A stretch of 64,000 nucleotides of DNA from the human T2T-CHM13v2.0 reference genome, Homo sapiens. The position numbers were made by a program, and so were the translations under genes. The number at the start of each line of letters is the position of its first letter. Within the stretch, counting starts at the first letter, position 1. Positions 47,158-62,078 of the stretch are shown here, piece by piece. The stretch lies in the NCBI RefSeq assembly GCF_009914755.1, contig NC_060931.1; one strand, given 5' to 3'. The notes under the pieces are model-generated. The model searched no databases. It saw only the letters and a program-made list of their open reading frames with translations, and was not told where the DNA came from.

Positions 47158-48269
47158 TGATCTGCCTGCCTCAGCCTCCCAAAGTGCTAACATTACAGGC
47201 GTGAGCCACTGTGCCCGGCCTCTTATACACATTTTATTTATCAGAAGACAGAGGCATAGAGGGGTTAGATAAATTGCTCCAGGTATATTGGGAAAAGGTG
47301 GTGGAATTAGGGTCTGACCGCAGGAAGTCTGGTTGGAGACTGATGCTTTTAATGACACAGGGCATTATGGAGAGCATTTATTTAAGTGAGGCATGTCAGG
47401 AGGGAAGCTGCATTCACAGGCTCCAAACTAAAACAGGCTGAATTTCAACAGTTTGCTGTTGGGAACCTGAACTAATTTTCCATACAAAACTGCATTACAC
47501 AGTGATAATTACATTGCTGCATTACACAGTACTGTGCGATACCCAGGCAGACCCTCTGTTTCCCTCAAGTAGTAAGTAATCTATGCTATGAGGAGATGCT
47601 ATGAACCCTTACAGGGAAAAGGGGGACAGGAAGGGGTCATTTCACTGGAAGCCAGGCAGTTTCTCCCACTCTCAGGGCCAGGGTAGTAACCACCACCTAC
47701 AGGTAAAGCCTTGACTGCCTAGAATTACAGCACGACCCTGGCTGAGTTTGGCCTTTTCTTTGAGAGAGAGAAAGGGGCTGTAGCTGTGCCTTGCTTTGCC
47801 ATGGCGAGAGCTCTATTTATTTTTAGAAACAGGTTCTCCCTCTGTTGCCCAGGCTGGAGTGCAGTGGTGCCACCACAGCTCACCGCACCTCAAATTCCTG
47901 GGCTCAGGCAATCCTTGTCCTTCAGCCTCCGGAGTAGCTGAGACTGCAGTTGCATGCCACCATGGCTGGCTAAGTTTTAATTTTTTGTAGAAATGGAGGT
48001 CTTGCTTTGCTGCCCAGGCTGGTCTCAAACTTCTGGGCTCAAGCGATCCTCCTGTCTCAGCCTCCCTGTTGTCTGGGATTATAGTTCTGTTTTTATTTTT
48101 TAAAATCTCATTGGAAACAATATTTGTATAGGTCAAATTTCGAAATGATAAAGTACCTATGAAATAACATCTGAATCTTTAAAATGTTTTCATAATAACT
48201 GCCCTAACAACAGAAGATATTTGTATGGTTAAAGGCTCTCCAAATCTCAGCGGATGACTCGCTTATTTA

Positions 48270-48647
<378 letters not shown>

Positions 48648-48887
48648 TTAGCTTTTATCCCAGTGGTTACTGTCAGACACCTGGGATTTCAAGACATAGT
48701 TTGAATGTTTTGTATAATCCTTCTATATTTCCAAGAACAAGATGCTAATATAAGAGCTCAGGCCAGACACAGTGGCTCATGCCTGTAATCCCAGCACTTT
48801 GGGAGGCTGAGGCAGGAGGATTGCTTGAGGCCAGGAGTTCAAGGCCAGCCTGGGCAACAAAGTAAGATCCCATCTCTACAAAAACTA

Positions 48888-49091
<204 letters not shown>

Positions 49092-49275
49092 TTACATTTG
49101 ATTTCTGACACATAAAAGGTCACTAGTCTAAACAGCATTAGAAAAGTCCAATTTGAAAACAATTAAAAACTCCCTTTAAAAAAATGAAGATGGGGGTGGG
49201 CGCAGTAGCTCACACCTATAATCCTAGCACTTTGGGAGGCCGAAGCAGGTGGACTGCTTGAGCTCAGGAGTTTCA

Positions 49276-49461
<186 letters not shown>

Positions 49462-49814
49462 TCATTTTGAGACAGAGTGAGACCCTGTTTCAAAATAAAA
49501 GATGGTTATTCACGTTGCAAAACTAATTTGCAAAACGATTCATCAAAAGGTTTCTCAAATAGCAGCTCTATTTCCTGTATTAAAGGGTTAGTTTTCAGGT
49601 GACTAATTCCTATGCAGGAAGTCTGAAAGGCAAACAAATTAACATGAGGTACAGTCCATACAAGATCAAGGAGAAGCCAGAAATCTTTACATGCCCAGTT
49701 TCTAGAACTAGTAGGAAAGTAGGATTCCAATTATAACATTTGATCTATCATTGTCATGTGTTGGTAACACATGCCAAAGCATTTAGAAAGTTAGCTCTTC
49801 CTAGCAGTTCTTTA

Positions 49815-50235
49815 TTTTCCCTCCCTTCCTTCCTTTCTTTCTTTCTTTCTCTTTCTTTCTTTCTTTCTTTCCTTCCTTCCTTCCTTCTTTCTCTCTCTTT
49901 CCTTTCCTTTCTCTCTCTCTTTTCTTTCTCTTTCCCTCCCTCCTTTTCTTTCCTTCCTTTCTTTCTTTTCTTTTCTTTCTTTCTTTTTCCTTCTCTTTCT
50001 TTCCCTCCCTCCCTCCCCTTCCTTCTTTCCTTCCTTCCCTTCCCTTTCCTTCCTTCCTTCTTTCTTTCTTTCTTTTTCTTCCTCTCTCTTTCTCCTCCCT
50101 TCCCTTCCCTCCCCTCCCCTCCCCCCTCCCTACTCCCCTCCCCTCCCCCTCCCCTCTCCCTCCTCTCCCCTCCCCTTCCCCTCTCCCTCCTCTCCCCTCC
50201 CCTCCCCTTCTTTTCTTCTTCTTTTTTTTTTTTTT
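49815..50235 (+). repeat. About 420-bp polypyrimidine/polypurine tract (TTTC, TTCC, TCCC units)
   Basis: Almost entirely C/T on the plus strand; continuous with an Alu tail. Confidence 0.95.
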
Positions 50236-50670
50236 GATGGAGTTTCGCTCTTGACGCCCAGGCTCTTGTCACCCAGGTGCAATCTCGGCTCGCTGCAGCC
50301 TCTGCCCTCTGGGTTCAAGCAATTCTCCTGCCTCAGCCTCCCGAGTAGCTGAGATTACAGGCGCCTGCCACCACATCTGGCTAATTTTTATTTTTTTTTT
50401 TTGAGACGGAGTCTCGCTCTGTCGCCCAGACTGGAGTGCAGTGGTGCGATCTTGGCTCACTGAAAGCTCCACCTCCTCGGTTCACACCATTCTCCTGCCT
50501 CAGGCTCTCGAGTAGCTGGGACTACAGGCGCCTGCCACCATGCCCAGCTATTTTTTAAAATTTTATTTTTAGTAGAGACTGGGTTTCACCGTGTTAGCCA
50601 GGATGGTTTTGATCTCCTGACGTTGTGATCTGCCCACCTCAGCCTCCCAAAGTGCTGGGATTACAGGTGA

Positions 50671-51084
<414 letters not shown>

Positions 51085-51779
51085 TAGCATTATTTCTACA
51101 GCCTACATAAATGTCAGGGACATCAGTCCTCCCCTTCTGAGGTTTAGGTAGGTGATTAGGCTCCCTGAAGAGGAGAAATGTGATCACACCAATCCTTCAA
51201 CTGCTAACCTAATTCTGTTCTCTACAAATATTTTTTTTAACTTGAAAGTTTTAGTACCTTCATTTACACATTAACTTTGAGAGAAAGGAAACTGTGAAAG
51301 GTTAATGAACGATAACCACATCCAAACAGGCTTCTCTCTAATTTAAACATTTTCAACATTCATTCCACATCCCGCCTGCAAGTTTAATAAGTAAACATGC
51401 GAGTCACATTGTGCTCAAAGTGGGTGATACAAAGGCGAGAGGTCCCTGCCTTTGGGGAGCCCACAGCCTGGGGAAGAGGTGTAACCTCCACTCAGCCTCA
51501 CTTTACTTCCCAGGTCCTCAAATGATCGTTTGATATTTGGTGCTTCTGAGTTTCAGAGATGCTAGAATGAGCTGGTTGTTCCAAAGAACTTTGCTGAAGG
51601 GCGTTATAACCTATGTAATAGCCAAATTTCAACAACCAATGCCAAACACTGTGATTCTGAGTCGTATTTTGAATGTTCTTCATGACTTCTCCATATTTTT
51701 GTAAATGAAATGCTAACTTAGAGCTCCTCCCATTTGGACAATGCGGAAGAATCTCAAAGCTGAACTCGTAATCCTATTG

Positions 51780-53491
<1,712 letters not shown>

Positions 53492-55215
53492 TGAATATTT
53501 TAAAAGCTGGTTTTAAGTGCTACATTTACTGTTTATAATTTATCCCTACTTCAAGATTTAAAAAAAAAAAGCAGCTGTATTATTGAGTTAATTTTTAGTA
53601 AATTGTTTTGAATCCATTTCCCCCAGGATTATTTTCCTCTATGGATTAAAAAAGCTTGGCTACAGGCCAGGTGTGGTGGCTCACGCCTATAATCCTAGCA
53701 CTTTGGTAGGCTGAGGCAGGCAGATGGCTTGAGTCCAGGAGTTCAAGACCAGCCTGGGCAACATAGCAAAACCCTGCCTCTACAAAAAATACAAAAATTA
53801 GCTGGGTGTGGTGGCATGTGCCTGTGGTCGCAACTACTCCGGAGGCGGAGGCAGGAGAATCACTTGGCCCAGGAGGCGGAGGTTGCAGTGAGTTGAGATT
53901 GCACCACTGCACTCCGGCCTGGGAGACAGAGCAAGACCCTGTTTAAAAAAAAAAAAAGCTTGGCTAGCCTGGCACCTAGCGACCATTTAAAACATCATCC
54001 AGCTGGGTTAGAAATCAAGGATGCCACGCGCTGACTTCCATCCTCCTCCTCCAGCTGCCAGAGTCTTTCTGCCTGTCTCTCCTGAGTGGCCACGGCAGCT
54101 CTTCCCCATGGCTCGCCATACTCAGGAAGGGCTTTCCTACCACCAGGTGCTCAGGGCAGGCGGCTAGGCAGGAGGAGACTTCCGTTAGCTCTCAGCTTGC
54201 ATTCTGTTATCGGGTAACTCCTCCACCGTGTACTAGGATCACTCACAGGGTTTCTGCTTTTCTCTATCCTGGATCTAAACCCTAAATGTCAGAAGGAAAA
54301 ACTATTTCTGTCCCTCATTGTGGCTAATATCCAACGATTTCCACCTTTCAATGAGAAATGACATGAAAATCACTCTTGTAATGGACAACAGCAACCTTGG
54401 AAGAGCAAGCACCGTCTCTCTGTTTTCCAATGCAGCTTCTATTGAAATAAATGGCTTTACTAAATCAAGTTTCTCAGAAGCTTCCAGAGTAGCTTTTGCT
54501 CTAAACATCAACTTAATCAAACAATGCGCTCCTTTGAAGACTTGAAACATTCAGTTTTTAGACGTGGTAATTCCGAGTTGTCTCAGGGATGCCTTGCTGA
54601 CTGAGATGGACCACAGCTTGGCTGGTAAGTTAATTTTAACTGTTAAACCTGTGAGAGCCGAGGGTTGCTGCCCAGCCAGAGAGCTGTGGGGATCCGTATC
54701 AGTCCCATAGAAGATGGAAATTATGGAATCAATAACAGCACAGTGTGATCTGGCAGCCATATAATGACTGAGGTTTCACGTCCTCAAGAAGTTCTGAAAG
54801 TCTTACACTAAAGCTCCAAGGAAAGGCCAAATCTATATGATGCCAAAATAATCAGCTGAAAAGTTGAAATTTTGGTCATTGCAGTTATTTGGTTTCATAA
54901 AGATCTACAAGCTGTCACATGACCAGGTTAAACTAAAATTTAAAAATCTGAATTCCAGTTAAGACATTTTGAGTATGTAGATACATGTGAATTCAGGATG
55001 GTGCTCACACTTAAAGAGTAGTAACTTTTCTTGTTAAATGTCGGCCTTAAGGCATTCTTGCCAGAGCTATTAAGTGTATGCCATAAAACACATATAACCA
55101 AGTTAATGTTGTTGTAGGAACCTTATCTTTGGAATTTCCTGACATTTGAGGGTTTCTCATTTTCCATTTTAGGATTGAAGGCCTAAGTCCTTGCATTTAA
55201 TTTCCTGGGGCTTTA

Positions 55216-55341
55216 AAGAAATGAAGAAAGAAAAGAGAAGACAGCAAATAGAGAGGGAGAGAGAAAAGGAGGGAAAAGGAAGGAAAGAGAAGAGGAGAAA
55301 AGAAAAAAGAAGAGAGAGAAACAGGAAGAGAAAAAGAAAAA
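55216..55341 (+). repeat. GA-rich polypurine tract
   Basis: Direct reading. Confidence 0.8.
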
Positions 55342-56129
55342 TACGCTTTCTTAAACCGAGGATCTGAATCCGCTGGTTTTGCTCTTAAGGAGGTGAAATA
55401 ATTGGCCTATGAAAATAAGCTGAATACATTCTCTAAGGCACACACAGCCTGGCCATGAAATTTGAAACCCTCATAACCTCTAAATCCTTAATCATTTCTT
55501 TCTTCAACCTTGGTTTGGCTTTCCTCCCTCAAAGAGGGTGGTGCGTCTGCCAAATTCGTGGTACAGTCCTTTTTGTTTTTAAGAGATAGGACCACAATAA
55601 AGAGCATACTTTATTTTTTTAAGAGTAGAAAGTGAATATCTTGCCCTAATCACCTCCATTGTACTATTTTAAACAAAATGAAAAACCCAAAGTCAAAATT
55701 GTTAAAACACAGCTGATGAAACCATATTCAAACTGGCCAAGAAAAATTTCATCTTTGGACTGAAATAAGTAACTTTAGCTGTTTATAAAGAAAACACTGG
55801 AAGACTGAAAAGCGCAGATGATAGTTAAGAGAGAAAAGATAATGGGAATAACTGTTCCCCAGGTTGACTCGCCTGCCCAGTGATGACACAGATGAAGGAT
55901 TCCAGTTTCCCAGAATCAACCTGTCCCTGGGGGTGTGGGACCTCCTTGGAGGAAGAGCCAGAAGGGGCGTGGAAGGGCTGCTGTGGGAAGCACTGGGCAG
56001 GGGCAGGGAAGTCATGGGAGTGCTCGGGGACCCGGGCTTTGGCACTGGCTGGAGAAAGGATTTATTATTGGAGATGGATTCAGATTTTCTCAGAACATAA
56101 AGAAGGAAGCATCTAAGTTCTTCTCCAGA

Positions 56130-57230
56130 CCTCAAGTAACACTGAAACTCAAACCTAGTAAAGATAGTGCAATCATCCTGTATGTATTCTGCAAAAAAAA
56201 GATAGTGCAATAAAACCCAAGTCTAGACCAGTCTAATTTATTTACTGATACAAAAATCTTAAAATATTAGCAAATAAAATTCAGTAGTACATTAAAAGAA
56301 TAATAAACCAGGCCCGAATGGGAATTCATCCCCCACATTTAAGGATGGGTTAATATTAAAATATAAATTCAATATGAATGGATCAGAGCAGAAGAATCAT
56401 ATGATCATCAGGAGTTTCTGAAAAGTACTTTAACAAAAATCTAATCTCTAGTCCTAATTTTTAAAACTCTAAGTGAAAAAATAAATATAAATGGACACTA
56501 ACTTGATAACATAAAAACATATCTCAAATAAGAGTGCCTGTGAGTGAAACTCTAGATGCGTTACCATTAAAGTTAGGGGCGAAGTAAGACTGTACGCTGC
56601 TTTCAGCACTACGATTTAACACTGTTCGGAAGTCTCAGCCAGTGCAATTTGGTAAGAGAATTAGGTATAAATTAAAAAGAAAAGGTAAAATGATGATTCT
56701 TTGTAGACAATATGGTTATATTCATAGTTTCTATGAATCAACTAACAGACTATTAGAAATAATAAGAAATTTAAGATGTCTTAAAAAATACACATATATA
56801 TACACACAAACACACACAAAATAAGAGTTTTCTTAAATACAAAGACCATATGAGAAAAAAGACATTAACCATTGCATTAAAAAGAGAAAAGACTTAGAAA
56901 TAAATGTAGCAAATACATAGCATGTCAAATAATTATATATTAATTACAAAAACCCCCACATATTTTATGTATGTGAAATTTGATAGTAATATTTAGAACA
57001 TTCAGAAAAATACAGGCAGAAACACTCAAGACATTTTTGGAAAAGGTGAATAATAAGTAAATAAACAAACAAGAGGTTTATAATTACTAAAAAGGAGAGA
57101 GACAAAGTGATTATTATTTTTTTTTGCATATGACATGATGTTATATATAGGAAGTCCAAGAGGATCAACTGACTAATTATTAGCAACATTAAGAACTTTC
57201 TATAAGCTCTACTAGATATTAAAATACATT
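56130..57230 (+). mobile_element. Degenerate L1M ORF2 fragment
   Basis: aaaatattagcaaataaaattcagtagtacattaaaagaataata; A-rich ORF2-like sequence. Confidence 0.65.
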
Positions 57231-57295
57231 ATGGTCTGGGTGTGGGGCTCATGCCTGTAATCCCAGCAGTTTGGGAGGCCAAGGCAGGCAGATCA

Positions 57296-57541
<246 letters not shown>

Positions 57542-57619
57542 TTAAAATAATAGTTTGGTACTGAAAAAAAAATAGCCTGATTAATTAAACAGAATGGAGC
57601 CAGAGAAAAATAAAACACT

Positions 57620-57800
57620 TCACACATATTGAACAGGCTCTGTACTAAGTTTATGTTATACATGTTAACTCATTCAATCTTCACAACAACTCTGTGAAGT
57701 GGTTACTATAATATAATTATCACCATTTTACAGATAGGTAAAATGAGGCCAACACAATTTAGTTGCTTGTCCAATGTCCCACAGCTAGTAAGTAGCAAAA
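57620..57800 (-). mobile_element. MIR
   Basis: ccattttacagatagg...acagctagtaagt. Confidence 0.7.
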
Positions 57801-57999
57801 CTAGTAATGCTATATGCTCCTTATCACAGCATTATTTGTAAACTGGGAATAACTTATATATATTTACATATATATATACAAATATATGTAAATAAATTCT
57901 AGAATATGCAAACTTTTTCCCCCTTGAAGAGAACACAAGAAATTATGCTATTATGCTATTTACAGAGAAAGTGGGGAAAAAAAAGAAATTATGCTATTT

Positions 58000-58930
58000 A
58001 CAGCCAAAAGAATCATCCTACATGACAGACCATGCTGAGTGGGGGGTGACAGGATTTAATTTATAGTTTATATTTTTAGAAGACTCCTCTGGCTGCTGAG
58101 GGAGGAATGTTCTACGGATGGGAAGTGAATCCAAGATGATTAAGATGGTAGCAGTGGAGGAGATGTAGGCAGATTTGGGATAAAGTTTTGAAACTAGAAC
58201 CAAAGGACCTGGTGATGAATTAGGAAGGGGTATATGAAAAAGAGAGGAATTGGAGATGACTTTTTAGGTTTGTGGCCTAAGCAACTAAACAAACGGTGAT
58301 GCCATTTAGAAGGATGACAATTATTTTAGGAGGTGGTTACTGGTGGCCTGGATGGAGAACTTGGGTTTGGACACGTTAAGTATAAATGATAAGACAACCA
58401 AATGGAGATCCAAGCAGGAGATGACTACACAAACCTTAAGCTGGGGGAGGGAGTTGGGGCTGAATGCCTCAATTTGGGAATCATAAGCATGACATTGACA
58501 TTTAAAGCCATGGGACTGGATGAGATCATTTAGGGAGTGAGTGTAGATGGAGAAGAAAAGTCTCAGGTCTGGCCCTGGGTTGAGGTGGGGATAGGTTCGG
58601 GGTGTGCTCTGACAGATAGAAGGAAAAAAGAATGGAACTCAAAGGAGCCAGAGAAGCAGGACTTCCAGGGACATGGGTGACCCAGAAGCCAAATGAAGGA
58701 AGTGTTTCAAGATGGAGCAAGTCAACAGGTGTTCCTCGAATACTGAGAGGGGCCAATTAAGAAAAAAACAAAGAACTGGCAATTGGATTTAGCAAGATGG
58801 AGGTTACTGGTGGCCTCGGGACAGGGTAGTTTCAGGAGGAGGTTCCCAAAGCTCAATGGGGTGGGTCAAGAGAAAATAGGAGGTGAAATGATGAAAGGGA
58901 GTACAACAACTGTTCTGAGGAGTTTTGCTC
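58000..58930 (-). mobile_element. L2 fragment
   Basis: tttaaagccatgggactggatgagatca, gaagccaaatgaaggaagtgtttcaag, ttggatttagcaagatggagg. Confidence 0.75.
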
Positions 58931-59114
58931 TAAAGCTGGTTTCTAGATTAGTGGGTATCAAACCAACTAGCATGTTACAGAAATGGACTAGAGATTAAGT
59001 TGCAAAATAGAAAAATTGTTTTCGAAGCACAGATTTTATTTTTAAGCATTAACATGCTTTATTATTTAATGTGTTATTTTAACGTTATAAAATATTCACA
59101 GTGCGTGCATCCAT

Positions 59115-59185
59115 ATGTATAAATGAGGAAACTGAGGCTTCGAGAGGTTAGATAACTTGTTTAAGGTCACATAGATAGACACTGA
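59115..59185 (-). mobile_element. MIR core
   Basis: atgaggaaactgaggc...aacttgtttaaggtcaca. Confidence 0.75.
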
Positions 59186-59580
59186 TAGGGCCAGTGTATT
59201 TCTAAAGCCCACACCAAGAAAAATTCAAGCACTGGTAGTTAGCAGGGACTACCAAGTTGTAGACTGCCAGGGTTAACATAAGTCCTTCATTTAACTCTTG
59301 GTTACTGTCCCAATTCCAAGTCCTTATTACATCTAAAGGGTAATTTTTAAAAGCACATACTCTTCTTTTTTGAGGACTGAGAACAAACACAAAATACATG
59401 CATCAGTTACCAAGTTTCCAGGTTAATTAACAAAGTATCTTAAGCTATGAACCATCTGGACTACAAGATCCATCAGTTTAATAAAACAAATAATTCAGCT
59501 GAGAACAGACGGTTATGATGGGACACAAACCACTGAGAGAGTCAGGTGGCGACACTCTGCCTGGCCACACCGGCACCTAC

Positions 59581-60575
59581 CTGTGGTCTGCACTGGATTT
59601 CTGTCTCCCGGTCCACAGTCTTCTGTTCACAGAGGAAGGTGGGGGAGAGGAGGGCAGAGGCGGGGGAGGTAGAGAGGGCAGAGGAGGCAGATTTCTTTTC
59701 TCTTTCCTGAAGCCGATGCCAGGCTTCCCATCTTTGTCCCCTTCTCCGGCATGTTTGAACGTTCTCCGGGGTTTTGGCAGAGGGTTGATGAAGGGCTTTG
59801 TGGGGGAACCCTCCGAGCCCCTATACACGTTCTCAAGGCTCCGGTCCCAGGGCCTTCTGCATGAACCTTTCCTGTCCTCCACAAGCTCAGGGGTGGGCTC
59901 CCTGCCTTCCAGGTCCGAGGGGTGGACCCTCTGGCTGACTTCTGAGCCACTCCCGCCTCCCAGGTTCTCAGGAAGGGTGGACCCTGCCTCTGCCTTGTCA
60001 GGAGGGCAGTGTGGGGAGTAACAAGTCCCTGGTAACTGGGGATCCAGCCCTGCCGACCCATCCTTCAAAGCCTGCTCGAGTTTCTTGACCTGCTTCAGCA
60101 CGGAGAGGTGATCGTTCTGAAAGCGTAGCTTGCCAAGTCTTGGCTCTCGGCCTCGGCCCCAGCTAGGATCCACTTCCCGTTCTGGCTGGCTTAGGTCTTG
60201 CCCCGGCTCTGGGTCCTGTCCCCCGACGTTCACTGCTCCTTTATTCCTCTCCTTCTCTGTGCTCTCTGTTCCTGGCCTCATTCCATTCTTAGCCTCTGTG
60301 ACCTGAGTTCTCACCCCATCACTACTCCTCCTCTCCACCGTAGAGGACGGCAGATAATCCTCCTGTCCGTCTGCTCTCCTGCTGGGTGCAGGAGTGGGCA
60401 CCTCTTTCTTCCCTTCCCATTCTGATATCTTGTCCTTTATGTTGAGGGACTTGTGCCGGGGTCTGGCTCTGGCAGATGGGCAAGGGTTCTGAACACCTCT
60501 GAGCTGCTTCTTCCCAGCCCTGCTGGCTTCTGCAGCTGGGTCACTGATGATCATATCCAAGCTGAACATATCCAT
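59581..60575 (-). CDS. DENND2A: Exon 3 coding part (995 nt, aa 1-332), disordered Pro-rich N-terminus
   Basis: 332-aa ORF; strong Kozak agaATGG; donor CAG|gtaggt; ends in phase 2. Confidence 0.97.
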
Positions 60576-60720
60576 TCTTGACTCTAGCGTGAGGTTGTGG
60601 AGGCCTTCCAGGGGACTCCTTCTGAAGCCTGACTCCTGATCAGTCTCTAGGAATGGAATGGAGGACTAAAGTGGATGCCTTCGAGGGTCTTTCTCAGTCC
60701 TTGGACCTTCCACCTTGACC
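60576..60720 (-). other. DENND2A: 5'UTR part (145 nt) of exon 3
   Basis: Acceptor tttgtctttcttgtgcag|GGTCAA with branch-like actcac upstream. Confidence 0.85.
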
Positions 60721-60861
60721 CTGCACAAGAAAGACAAACACCAGGTGAGTGATTCTTATTGTTCTTGGCTGGTCATAGAGATTTGCTAGAACTTAGATAT
60801 AAATGTTATATGCAAGTCACAAACCACAAACATTGAAATTCCTATTAAAAAAAAAAATTCA

Positions 60862-60984
<123 letters not shown>

Positions 60985-61029
60985 CTACAAAAATTTTTTT
61001 TAAAAACTCAATTTGTGTTTTCCTTGGGG

Positions 61030-61175
61030 AGACAGCATGGTGAAATGAAGGAGCAATCGGGTTTAGGAGTCAGATAGGCTTGGGTTTAAATCCTAATTCA
61101 GTCACGTGACCTTAGGCAAGTTGTTTAAGTCCTCTAAACCTCAGTTTCCACCTCTGTAAAATGAAGATCATAATA
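61030..61175 (+). mobile_element. MIR
   Basis: gtgaccttaggcaagttg...cctcagtttcc..ctgtaaaatg. Confidence 0.75.
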
Positions 61176-61891
61176 ATATGGGCCAGGCATTGTGGCTCAC
61201 ACCTGTAATCCCAGCACTTTGGGAGGCCGAGGCGGGTGGATCACGAGGTCAGGAGTTTGAGACCAGCCTGGCTAACATGGTGAAACCCCGTCTGTACTAA
61301 AAATACAAAGATTAGCGGGGTGTGGTGGCAGGCCCTGTAATCCCAGCTACTCACTCAAGAGATTGAGGCAGGAGAATTGCTGGAACCCGGGAGGCAGAGA
61401 TTGCAGTAAACTTAGATTGCACCACTGCACTCCAGCCTGGGCAACAGAGAGAGACTCTGTCTCAAAAATAAAAATAAAAATAAAATAGGAGTAATTTCAC
61501 GAGGTAAAAGATTACATAGGCTGCTTTTCCTGCTTTTCTTATCCACAGGCAGTTCTTTGCAATGACTATTTAAAAACTAAAACAACATCACAAGTCATGA
61601 AGTTTGTGCTACCCCTGAACTTGACAAATTGTCTGATTCAAGTGGGCAAAGCCACAATGATTGGATGCATCTGAACAGAACCTCCTCTGGAATGGGGCCT
61701 CACTAGAGTGAGCTCTTCATGAGCCTTGCCACCAGGGCAGGGATTATTCTGTTATTTTGGCCTGTTGTAGCCAAGTCTGCACCCCTAGCACCCAAAACAA
61801 TACCTGGGAGAGTTGGTGGTCAATAAATATCTGGTGCATGAATGAATGCGTGAATAAAGAGGCAGATTCAGATTTCACACTTGGCTTAGAA

Positions 61892-62078
61892 ATGCACTAT
61901 CTAATAGAGTAGCCACCAGCCACACGTGACTATTTAACCTTAAATCCAATGAAATTCAAGCTTCAGTTCCTCAGTTACACCTGCCACATGTCAAGGACTC
62001 AGAAGCGCCATGTGGCTGATGGCTACCGTACTGGATGGGGAAGAAGAATATTTCCATCACTGAATAAAGTTTTGGCCT
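61892..62078. mobile_element. MER3-like hAT element
   Basis: gtagccaccagccacacgtgactattta ... atgtggctgatggctaccgtactgga. Confidence 0.7.

Noticed and set aside
49740-50318. 165-172 aa F/L/S/P-rich or K/E/R/G-rich ORFs (also 10392-10739)
   Set aside because: Stop-free by composition of purine/pyrimidine tracts
59515-60425. Antisense and alternative-frame ORFs over exon 3 (168, 144 and 75 aa)
   Set aside because: Expected shadows of a GC-rich coding exon; no independent support
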